IMG/VR virus record: IMGVR_UViG_3300010158_000051 | Span: 1-64,000 of that record | Reading direction: 5' to 3' (one strand) | Length of the DNA stretch: 64,000 bases | DNA from: a virus | The notes under the pieces: generated by a model | The model's database searches: none | What the model was told of the DNA's origin: nothing | Seen by the model: only the letters and a program-made list of their open reading frames with translations | Part shown: piece after piece, positions 40,995-48,267 of the stretch | Layout of the letters: each line of letters starts with the position of its first letter | Numbering within the stretch: position 1 is the stretch's first letter | Program-made: the position numbers and the translations under genes

Positions 40995-42841
40995 TGTCAG
41001 AATTTAATATCTTTTTAGATGCACTTGAAGGCGATGAATTTGTAGAAAAACCAGCACCTCTTGAAGAGTTTGTAACAAGCAAAGATTATTTAGGGTTGCC
41101 CCCTTTATCAGAACATCAATACACAATGATTAAAGCATCAACACAAATTTACAAGCAAGAAACATTGATTAAAATTTACGGGGAAGATGAAGGTCGCAAG
41201 ATCTTTAAACAAACATGTAATGAAGTAATCCTACAACTGGGCAAAGGTTCTGGTAAAGATTATACTTCTACTATTGCTTGTGCATATATGGTGCACTTGC
41301 TTCTTTGTCTTACAGATCCTGCCAGATATTATGGCAAACCTCCAGGCGATGCAATTGATATTATTAACATTGCTATTAACGCTGTTCAGGCAAACCGAGT
41401 ATTTTTTAAAGGCTTTAATCAACGTATTGAAAAGTCACCTTGGTTTCAAGGCAAGTACATATCAAAAGCTAATATGGTTGAATTTGATAAAGGAGTTACA
41501 GTTCACTCAGGTCACTCTGAAAGAGAAGCTTGGGAAGGATATAACGTTCTTGTTGTTATTCTTGATGAAATTTCAGGTTTTGACTTGGAATCAACATCTG
41601 GAAATGAACAAGCTAAAACAGCATCATCTATTTATAAGATGTATCGTGCATCTGTAAATTCTCGTTTCCCAGACTTTGGTAAAGTTATTTTGCTTTCATT
41701 CCCACGCTTTAAGAACGATTATATTCAACAAAGATACAATGAAGTTATTGCTGAAAAAGAAGTTGTTCTACGTCATCATAGGTTTAAGGTAGATCCAGAA
41801 TTGCCAGACGGGGTGGAGGGAAATGAATTTGAAATGGAATGGGAAGAAGACCATATTGTTTCTTACAAAATTCCTAGAGTATACGCACTCAAAAGACCAA
41901 CATGGGAAGTAAACCCTACACGTCAGATAACTGATTTTACTATTGACTTTTATACAGATCCTACGGATGCTTTATCTCGTTTTGCATGTATGCCACCAGA
42001 CGCAACAGATGCATTCTTTAAAAACCGTGCAGTAATTGAAAAAGCATTTTCAAATCCTAATTTAAATGTAGACTCATATGGTCGTTTTGCTGATACATTT
42101 AAACCAGATCCAGATAAATGGTATTACATTCACGTTGACCTTGCACAAAAGCATGACCATTGTGCCGTAGCATTAGCACATGTTCACAACTGGGTAACGA
42201 TGAAAATCGGGGATAAGATGAAAGAAGCTGCCCCACGCATCATAGTAGACGCAGTTAGATTTTGGACACCTACAGCATCAAAGTCTGTAGATTTTACAGA
42301 CGTAAAAGAATATATAATTAGTTTAAGAGAACGTGGTTTCAATATTAAGATGGTTACATTTGACCGTTGGAATTCACACGATATGATGCAGCAATTAAAA
42401 GCTCATGGAATGAATTGTGAAACTTTATCTGTTGCTAAAAAGCACTACGAAGATATGTCTCTTTGTATTACAGAAGAACGAGTAGATGGTCCTAGAATCC
42501 AGCTGTTGGTTGATGAGCTGCTTCAGCTTCGCATTGTAAAGGATAAGGTAGACCACCCTAGAAAAGGCTCTAAGGACCTCTCTGATGCCGTTTGCGGGGC
42601 TATTTACAACTCTGTAGCCCTAACACCTAGGGATTTAGACCCTGAAGTAGAACTTTATACTTACGCTGGTGTATTTTCAGATGAATTAGATCAATTAAGA
42701 AAAGAATCAGATGCCAGACTAATTAGAAATAAAACAATTAAACTTCCAGATAGGGAAGAGATGCCATCAAATTTGCGGGACTACTTAGGGATAGAAGAAG
42801 ATGAAGATGAATTCCCTATTGACAGCATGCGTGTGCTCTGA
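40994..42841 (+). CDS. terL: Terminase large subunit
   Basis: LGKGSGKD Walker A, VILDEISGF Walker B, HVDLA, FDRWNS and DHPRKGSKDLSDA nuclease motifs. Confidence 0.92.
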   Translation: MSEFNIFLDALEGDEFVEKPAPLEEFVTSKDYLGLPPLSEHQYTMIKASTQIYKQETLIKIYGEDEGRKIFKQTCNEVILQLGKGSGKDYTSTIACAYMVHLLLCLTDPARYYGKPPGDAIDIINIAINAVQANRVFFKGFNQRIEKSPWFQGKYISKANMVEFDKGVTVHSGHSEREAWEGYNVLVVILDEISGFDLESTSGNEQAKTASSIYKMYRASVNSRFPDFGKVILLSFPRFKNDYIQQRYNEVIAEKEVVLRHHRFKVDPELPDGVEGNEFEMEWEEDHIVSYKIPRVYALKRPTWEVNPTRQITDFTIDFYTDPTDALSRFACMPPDATDAFFKNRAVIEKAFSNPNLNVDSYGRFADTFKPDPDKWYYIHVDLAQKHDHCAVALAHVHNWVTMKIGDKMKEAAPRIIVDAVRFWTPTASKSVDFTDVKEYIISLRERGFNIKMVTFDRWNSHDMMQQLKAHGMNCETLSVAKKHYEDMSLCITEERVDGPRIQLLVDELLQLRIVKDKVDHPRKGSKDLSDAVCGAIYNSVALTPRDLDPEVELYTYAGVFSDELDQLRKESDARLIRNKTIKLPDREEMPSNLRDYLGIEEDEDEFPIDSMRVL

Positions 42842-42877
42842 TAGACTAACACCTATAACTACTAACAAAGGAATAAA

Positions 42878-43165
42878 ATGCTAGGTAATGGCACAATGAG
42901 AACAATTGAAGATGAAAAAGATATTTATATTTCTCTTACACAACTTTGCGAATACTTTACACAATCTGTTGTAAACATGCAAAAAGAAATTGAAGAAGCT
43001 GATCCAAAAAGTAAGCGATATGCAGCAGGATTGCTTGATATGATGCACACAATTGCTGATGAAATGGTTCAACTTGGTAAGTTTGAAGCACAGAGACGTT
43101 TGATTAATAGTCCAGAAGATTTGCTGAAGATGATTGACAACAATCCATTCGGTAAGGTAGAATAA
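42878..43165 (+). CDS. Hypothetical protein
   Basis: Promoter TTGACA(42819)-17 nt-TAGACT and AAGGA RBS. Confidence 0.6.
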   Translation: MLGNGTMRTIEDEKDIYISLTQLCEYFTQSVVNMQKEIEEADPKSKRYAAGLLDMMHTIADEMVQLGKFEAQRRLINSPEDLLKMIDNNPFGKVE

Positions 43166-43175
43166 ATTCTACTGA

Positions 43176-43248
43176 TGCCCCATAGCTCAATTGGCAGAGC
43201 ACCGCACTGTTAATGCGGGTGTTCCTGGTTCGAGTCCAGGTGGGGCAG
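43176..43248 (+). tRNA. tRNA-Asn(GTT)
   Basis: Acceptor TGCCCCA/TGGGGCA; anticodon arm CCGCA-CTGTTAA-TGCGG; T-loop TTCGAGT. Confidence 0.93.
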
Positions 43249-43283
43249 CAAATTATCAACCTTCAACTAGAGAGAGTATAATT

Positions 43284-43523
43284 ATGAATATGACAGCAGA
43301 ATCAGTTGTAGAAGAAATAGAGTATGTATTAAGTCCACTTGATCGTTGCGATCAATGTTCTGCAGAAGCCTTAGTTTTAGTAAAAGGCGTAACGGGTCAG
43401 CTTATGTTTTGCGGTCATCACTACGCAAAAAATGAAGAAGCATTATCAAAGTTTGCATATGAAACTATTGATGAGCGAGATAAACTAAAAGAAAATAAAT
43501 CAAAAGAACCCCCACACGCATAA
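43284..43523 (+). CDS. Small actinobacterial-type zinc-binding protein
   Basis: LSPLDRCDQC.A.A......G.LMFCGHH; start corrected so it does not overlap tRNA-Asn. Confidence 0.7.
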   Translation: MNMTAESVVEEIEYVLSPLDRCDQCSAEALVLVKGVTGQLMFCGHHYAKNEEALSKFAYETIDERDKLKENKSKEPPHA

Positions 43524-43531
43524 TTAAACAA

Positions 43532-43605
43532 AGAGCAATAGCTTAGTTGGTTAAAGCCCCGAACTCATAATTCGGTAATCGTAGGTTCGAGTCCTACTTG
43601 CTCTA
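43532..43605 (+). tRNA. tRNA with CAT anticodon (elongator Met or lysidine-modified Ile2; not initiator)
   Basis: Acceptor AGAGCAA/TTGCTCT; CCGAA-CTCATAA-TTCGG; lacks the initiator C1:A72 mismatch and GGG/CCC stem. Confidence 0.9.
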
Positions 43606-43608
43606 CAA

Positions 43609-43732
43609 GGCTATAAACGACACAACTTAGGATGTTATAGTTACATATACACCCAAAACTCGGAAGAGTGGCGTGTGAGACAGATACAGCATGTACGTCA
43701 TGTGCAACTGGAAGTCGCCATCGTTTATAGCC
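43609..43732 (+). ncRNA. Candidate structured ncRNA between two tRNAs
   Basis: Perfect 12-bp closing stem GGCTATAAACGA/TCGTTTATAGCC with internal hairpins. Confidence 0.6.
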
Positions 43733-43735
43733 CCT

Positions 43736-43806
43736 GCGAATATTGCATAGTGGTAGTGCGTAACCTTGCCAAGGTTAATGTGCGAGTTCGATTCTCGCTA
43801 TTCGCT
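43736..43806 (+). tRNA. tRNA-Gly(GCC)
   Basis: GCGAATA/TATTCGC; TAACC-TTGCCAA-GGTTA; discriminator T. Confidence 0.92.
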
Positions 43807-43811
43807 CATAT

Positions 43812-43882
43812 TCCCAGATCGTCTAACGGTAGGACACCGCCCTTTGGAGGCGGGTATCTTGGTTCGAATCCAGGTCAGGGAG
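43812..43882 (+). tRNA. tRNA-Gln(TTG)
   Basis: TCCCAGA/TCAGGGA with one A:A mismatch; CCGCC-CTTTGGA-GGCGG. Confidence 0.88.
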
Positions 43883-43901
43883 CTGATATAATAGGAGGAC
43901 T

Positions 43902-44939
43902 ATGCCATATAAAATTGTTCAACACGGAGATAAGTTTTCAGTAGTAGCACAAAATACTGGACACGTAGCTGGGACACACCCAAGCAAACAAAAAGCACAA
44001 GCACAAATGGCGGCTTTGTACGCCAACGAACCAGAAGCAAGCGTAAAAAAATGTATGACTTGCGGATGCGATGATTTAGGAAATGATCATCATTATGTTT
44101 CTGATACAGAAAAATGCACATATTGTATTGATAAAGGTCAAGGCCCATGTTGGGATGGCTACGAGTATGCTGGGACTAAAGACAAAGATGGTAAGACAGT
44201 TCCTAATTGCATTCCCGTTAAAAAATCTGATGGTGGATATCAACCAAACGCAGGCATGAAAGCAGCAGCACGTCGTGCATTAAAATGGCGAGATGCAGGA
44301 TTAGCAACTGGAGCGGGAACACCCGTTGGTTGGGGTCGTGCAAGCGATATAGTTGCAGGTAGATCAATGTCTCTTGATACAGTTAAAAGAATGTATTCTT
44401 TCTTTTCAAGACATGAAGTTGATAAAAAAGGCAAAAATTGGAACGATCCTTCTAACGGAAAAATTATGTGGAATGCTTGGGGCGGAGATGCAGGATTTGC
44501 ATGGTCTCGTGCTATTGTAAACAGAGAAAACAAGATTGAAAAAGAATCAGCTGGTGCTGGAAGATTAGGCGGCGGAAATGGATTTAAACTTGAATACAAT
44601 GTTCCAGATTGCCAAGGTGGATATGCTATTACTAAAGTAGGAACAGGACAGGTAATTGGTTGCTATACAACTAAAGCACATGCAGAAGAAGCTATGAAAG
44701 CAATAGCAGTAAATGAACCAATTGTAAAAGGTGGAGATCCAGTTCCAACAAAAGATTCAACTTCTATTTGGGATGGCGTATTTGAGCCAACAGGAGACAT
44801 AACCTCTGGAACTAATTTTGGTGACCGTATGGGAGATGTTGGTTGGAGATCAACTTACAACAGCCCACCGCAAAATGACGGAAAACCAAGTGCGGGATAC
44901 GGAAATCGTTCCGATCAACACGGTAGATCTAATTCATAG
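43902..44939 (+). CDS. Multi-module protein, putative internal head (cargo) protein
   Basis: Small modules (duplicated G.V.G.[HY]..K..A...M.A unit, CWDGY...VPNC, RMYSFFSRH..WGGDAG..W) separated by hydrophobic-x-K junctions. Confidence 0.6.
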   Translation: MPYKIVQHGDKFSVVAQNTGHVAGTHPSKQKAQAQMAALYANEPEASVKKCMTCGCDDLGNDHHYVSDTEKCTYCIDKGQGPCWDGYEYAGTKDKDGKTVPNCIPVKKSDGGYQPNAGMKAAARRALKWRDAGLATGAGTPVGWGRASDIVAGRSMSLDTVKRMYSFFSRHEVDKKGKNWNDPSNGKIMWNAWGGDAGFAWSRAIVNRENKIEKESAGAGRLGGGNGFKLEYNVPDCQGGYAITKVGTGQVIGCYTTKAHAEEAMKAIAVNEPIVKGGDPVPTKDSTSIWDGVFEPTGDITSGTNFGDRMGDVGWRSTYNSPPQNDGKPSAGYGNRSDQHGRSNS

Positions 44940-45012
44940 TTTGTGATATAATATATATACAGAATGCCGTAAGGGTTCTGAATTTAACTAACTTGCTGAA
45001 AAGGAGCTAAGT

Positions 45013-45447
45013 ATGACAAACCTAACATATACAAATCCATTTACACAAATTCAAACCATTTTTAATGACCCATTTTTCTTGGGTTTTGGTGATCAATTTG
45101 TGAGATGGGAAACAAATAAGAAGACAACCTCTTCATTCCCACCATACAATGTAAAACAAATTGATGAAGATAACTACACGATTGAACTTGCAGTTGCAGG
45201 GTATACTCGTGAAGATCTTGATATCAAGGTGGAAAAAGATACTCTAACAATTAAAAGCGATAAAGATAATGACGATAAGTCTGATTTCTTGCATCGTGGG
45301 ATTGCTGGACGTAACTTTACACAACATTTTACATTAGGTGAATATATGAGTGTTAAGTCAGCTTTACTTGAGAATGGAATGCTTATCATTAAGATTGAGC
45401 GTGAACTTCCAGAGGAAGCTAAGCCTAAGACCATTAAAATCAAATAA
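45013..45447 (+). CDS. Small heat-shock protein Hsp20 (IbpA-like)
   Basis: FPPYNV, IELAVAG, FLHRGIAGRNF and ENGML motifs. Confidence 0.95.
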   Translation: MTNLTYTNPFTQIQTIFNDPFFLGFGDQFVRWETNKKTTSSFPPYNVKQIDEDNYTIELAVAGYTREDLDIKVEKDTLTIKSDKDNDDKSDFLHRGIAGRNFTQHFTLGEYMSVKSALLENGMLIIKIERELPEEAKPKTIKIK

Positions 45448-45460
45448 GGTATATAATATA

Positions 45461-45527
45461 AATCTGCACCCCTTCATCGGGGAGTCGCAGATTAGGGGCC
45501 TGAGCAAGCCCCAAACAAAAACTGCTC
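45461..45527. ncRNA. Structured element: hairpin plus H-type pseudoknot
   Basis: AATCTGC/GCAGATT hairpin; GGGGC/GCCCC stem whose loop GAGCA pairs with the downstream TGCTC. Confidence 0.55.
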
Positions 45528-45528
45528 T

Positions 45529-45828
45529 TTATTTTTTATCTTTTGTTACGGCTTTTTCAATTCTATCAATTGAATCACGCAATGATGATCCGCCGTTATT
45601 AAATAATTCAGCTTTGACTATGCTGATTTCTTTTTCAATATTATCAAATCTTGCATTACCGTGTGCTAATCTTTCTACCACACCTGGATACTCTTCTGTT
45701 CCGTACCAGTCATCCATAAACCTAGTCATAGATTGTACAAAGTTGTATAATTTATGTAAAATAAATCCAATAGATGCAAGTGCAGTTGTTGCTCCACCAA
45801 TAATAAACAATATGTTAACGGATGACAT
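45529..45828 (-). CDS. Single-pass membrane protein with a coiled coil (possible lysis accessory)
   Basis: N-terminal TM segment; ELFNNGGSSLRDSIDRIE motif. Confidence 0.65.
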   Translation of the reverse strand: MSSVNILFIIGGATTALASIGFILHKLYNFVQSMTRFMDDWYGTEEYPGVVERLAHGNARFDNIEKEISIVKAELFNNGGSSLRDSIDRIEKAVTKDKK

Positions 45829-45846
45829 GATAGGTTAATTATACAT

Positions 45847-45862
45847 TGTGATTTATATCACG
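45847..45862. promoter_or_regulatory. CRP/GlxR-type box between divergent promoters
   Basis: TGTGA-TTTATA-TCACG, 8 nt upstream of TTGACA(45871)-18 nt-TATAAT. Confidence 0.6.
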
Positions 45863-45924
45863 CAAAATTATTGACAAAAATATAGTAAATAGACTATAAT
45901 GAAAATAACAAACAAGGGAGAATC

Positions 45925-46071
45925 ATGGGAAGCAAAAAGAATCAAATGAAGATCAAGGCCGCACTTGAAGTGCGTATAGCCAAGACTCCAAATAAACCAG
46001 GATTTAAAAAGCCAGGCTCAATGAACAAGAAAAAAACGGGATTTGTTAAAATTGCCCCTCTTAACAAATAG
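45925..46071 (+). CDS. 48-aa Lys-rich protein missing from the ORF track (MGSKKNQMKIKAALEVRIAKTPNKPGFKKPGSMNKKKTG...)
   Basis: Consensus promoter and AAGGGAG RBS. Confidence 0.6.
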   Translation: MGSKKNQMKIKAALEVRIAKTPNKPGFKKPGSMNKKKTGFVKIAPLNK

Positions 46072-46085
46072 GGTATAATAAATAC

Positions 46086-46535
46086 ATGGAAGCATTAATT
46101 AAAGTACTAAAAGAACTGCAAGCAGATTCAATGAATATGTATGCACAATCACACGGATACCACTGGAATGTGGAAGGTCGTATGTTTAAGCAAGATCACG
46201 CATTTTTCCTAGAAATTTACGAGGATCTATTTGATTCAATTGACGATTATGCAGAAAATATTCGTAAGTTAAATGCAAAAGCACCATTTGGATTATCTCA
46301 GCTACAAGCAAACAGCGATTTAAAAATTAATGATTCGCTTGAATTAAGTGCCACACAAATGTATCTTGAATTAATTACTACAAATAATCATATTATTGAA
46401 AAACTAAAAAGTGCTTGCGATGTTGCAGATGCTTCTCGTGAACAATCAATTCTTAATTTTTTTGCAGATAGATTAGCACAGCATGAATTTTGGAACTGGC
46501 AATTGACAGCATCAATTAAAACAACTATAATGTAA
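46086..46535 (+). CDS. dps: Dps-family ferritin-like DNA protection protein
   Basis: HGYHWNVEG..F...H.F..EIYE.....D..AE.IR ferroxidase signature. Confidence 0.9.
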   Translation: MEALIKVLKELQADSMNMYAQSHGYHWNVEGRMFKQDHAFFLEIYEDLFDSIDDYAENIRKLNAKAPFGLSQLQANSDLKINDSLELSATQMYLELITTNNHIIEKLKSACDVADASREQSILNFFADRLAQHEFWNWQLTASIKTTIM

Positions 46536-46562
46536 TTAACAGATCAACGTTCTGATTTATAT

Positions 46563-46589
46563 AAGGGGTACTAGAAATAGTACCTTTTA
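46563..46589 (+). terminator. Intrinsic terminator
   Basis: AAGGGGTACTA-GAAA-TAGTACCTTTT. Confidence 0.7.
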
Positions 46590-46594
46590 TGTTT

Positions 46595-46667
46595 GCCCCC
46601 ATAGCTCAGAGGATAGAGCGTTGGACTTCTAAGCCAAGCGTCGTAGGTTCGAGTCCTACTGGAGGCA
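46595..46667 (+). tRNA. tRNA-Arg(TCT)
   Basis: GCCCCCA/TGGAGGC with one mismatch; anticodon loop CTTCTAA; T-loop TTCGAGT. Confidence 0.88.
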
Positions 46668-46668
46668 C

Positions 46669-47190
46669 ATGAAAAGAGATTATTTTAAAAAGTTATGGTC
46701 ATCTATTTTGTCTAACGGTGTTAGGCAAGACGGTGATGGTAATTGGAATGTCATAAATTCTTCAACAAATAAAAGAAGAATGGAAGGCAAAGGTTCTTCA
46801 GTTGGCGGTCCTGCGGGAGAAAACCAAAGGCTTTGGATACCAGCAAAAATTATAGTTACACCAGCAGAGTTACAAGAAATCTGGGAAAAACAAGATGGGC
46901 GTTGTTATTGGTTTGGTGTACAATTAGATTTAGGATTGCTATATAAGGATCACCCTGATTGGATGCCAAAACATCCATTAGCCCCATCTATTGATAAGAT
47001 AGATGTAAATGGTGATTATACAAAGGAAAATATAGTAATCACCTCAAGGTTCGCAAATTTTGGAAGAAATGTGTGTGACTTTGACAAATTTTATGAAATA
47101 GTAAAAACTTTAAAAGGAGAAGATATATGTCAGCAAAACCAGTACCAGCAGTTACAACCGCTCAACCAGGAACAGCCGCAAGACTATTAG
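46669..47190 (+). CDS. HNH-like (His-Me finger) endonuclease
   Basis: QDGRCYWFG...SIDKID....YTKENIVI....AN..RN. Confidence 0.7.
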   Translation: MKRDYFKKLWSSILSNGVRQDGDGNWNVINSSTNKRRMEGKGSSVGGPAGENQRLWIPAKIIVTPAELQEIWEKQDGRCYWFGVQLDLGLLYKDHPDWMPKHPLAPSIDKIDVNGDYTKENIVITSRFANFGRNVCDFDKFYEIVKTLKGEDICQQNQYQQLQPLNQEQPQDY

Positions 47191-47660
47191 AAATTGCAAA
47201 GTCACAAATTGGCGTTGTAGAAGGTCCAAAAGATAATGAAACAGATTACGGCAAGTTTACAAAGCATGATTTTCAACCTTGGTGCGGAAGTTTCTGCATG
47301 TGGGTTGCTAATCAAGCAAAGGTAACAATTCCTAATACAGTTTATACTCCATCAGGAGCAGATGCTTTTAAGAAAAACAAAAAGTGGTCAGATGCCGCAA
47401 CAGCAACTCCAAAGCCTGGAGACATTGTTTATTTTGACTTTGTTAAAGGCGGGAATGCAGTAGAGCATGTAGGCATTGTTGTAAAAGACAATGGTGATGG
47501 AACTGTAACAACTTATGAAGGAAATACAAGTCCAGAACATAAAGCTACTGGAAGTCAAGCAAATGGCGGAGAAGCAGCAGAAAGAATTCGTGCTTACAAA
47601 ACAAATAAGCGAGGACTACTACAATTTATTGTAGGCTTCGGTCATCCAGATTATAAGTAA
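47127..47660 (+). CDS. Endolysin, CHAP domain
   Basis: QPWCGSF, PKPGDIVYFDF, HVGIV and EGNT motifs. Confidence 0.9.
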   Translation: MSAKPVPAVTTAQPGTAARLLEIAKSQIGVVEGPKDNETDYGKFTKHDFQPWCGSFCMWVANQAKVTIPNTVYTPSGADAFKKNKKWSDAATATPKPGDIVYFDFVKGGNAVEHVGIVVKDNGDGTVTTYEGNTSPEHKATGSQANGGEAAERIRAYKTNKRGLLQFIVGFGHPDYK

Positions 47661-47670
47661 AAGGATAAAA

Positions 47671-47997
47671 ATGGAATACGATCCATCAAATGAAGAGCAT
47701 CGTGAAGCAATGGAGCACCTTATAGAAGAAGGTGCTGCAATTCTTGACGGGATTGATGAAGATGGGGAACCAGTCTATAAGTTTGACATGAACGTACTAG
47801 AAGAAGTAATGCCAGAACTACATCAGGCTATGATGGATGATATGGACAAAGTTCTTATTGATTTATATCAAAAAGGGCTTATTGAGATAAGTTATGATGA
47901 AAACCTTAACGCTCAAATGTCCGTATCTTTAGAAGGCAGGCAGGCTTTGGAAGATGCAGGATTTGACATGGATGGTTCTGAAGAAGAAGAATATTAA
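47671..47997 (+). CDS. Acidic hypothetical protein
   Basis: ORF with AAGGA RBS. Confidence 0.6.
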   Translation: MEYDPSNEEHREAMEHLIEEGAAILDGIDEDGEPVYKFDMNVLEEVMPELHQAMMDDMDKVLIDLYQKGLIEISYDENLNAQMSVSLEGRQALEDAGFDMDGSEEEEY

Positions 47998-48027
47998 GGT
48001 ATAATTAACCATAAGGCGGTGATTTAA

Positions 48028-48267
48028 ATGGATAACAACCAACAAGTAGCTGGTGCAGGAACAGAACAACCAGCAACAGCAACTCCAGTAACAGAACAAG
48101 CAGGCTCAGGTAATACACTTGCAGCTCCAGCAGTTTCTAACCTAGGAGTGCATAACCCAAGCACAATGAATACAGGAAGCCCATTCACAGGGAAAGATGT
48201 TTCAATGACAACACCACAGTATGCAGGTGGACCAATTGCAACAACTGAAGCAGGCTCACACGCATAA
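48028..48267 (+). CDS. Low-complexity, probably disordered protein
   Basis: GGTATAAT promoter and GGCGGTGA RBS; T/G/A/P-rich. Confidence 0.55.
   Translation: MDNNQQVAGAGTEQPATATPVTEQAGSGNTLAAPAVSNLGVHNPSTMNTGSPFTGKDVSMTTPQYAGGPIATTEAGSHA

Noticed and set aside
27971-42841. Inteins or introns in DnaB, DnaE, RecA or TerL
   Set aside because: Lengths are normal, motifs are contiguous, and no intein terminal signatures were seen.
43609-43660. HDV-like (theta) ribozyme downstream of the tRNA
   Set aside because: GGCTAT can pair with ATAGTT, but the putative L3 (TTAGGAT) lacks the HDV consensus and the 12-bp terminal stem is a much better pairing.
43191-43944. ORF-track calls 43191..43523 (5' extension) and 43675..43944
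   Set aside because: They run through tRNA genes; the real start of the first is 43284 and the second is a shadow ORF.
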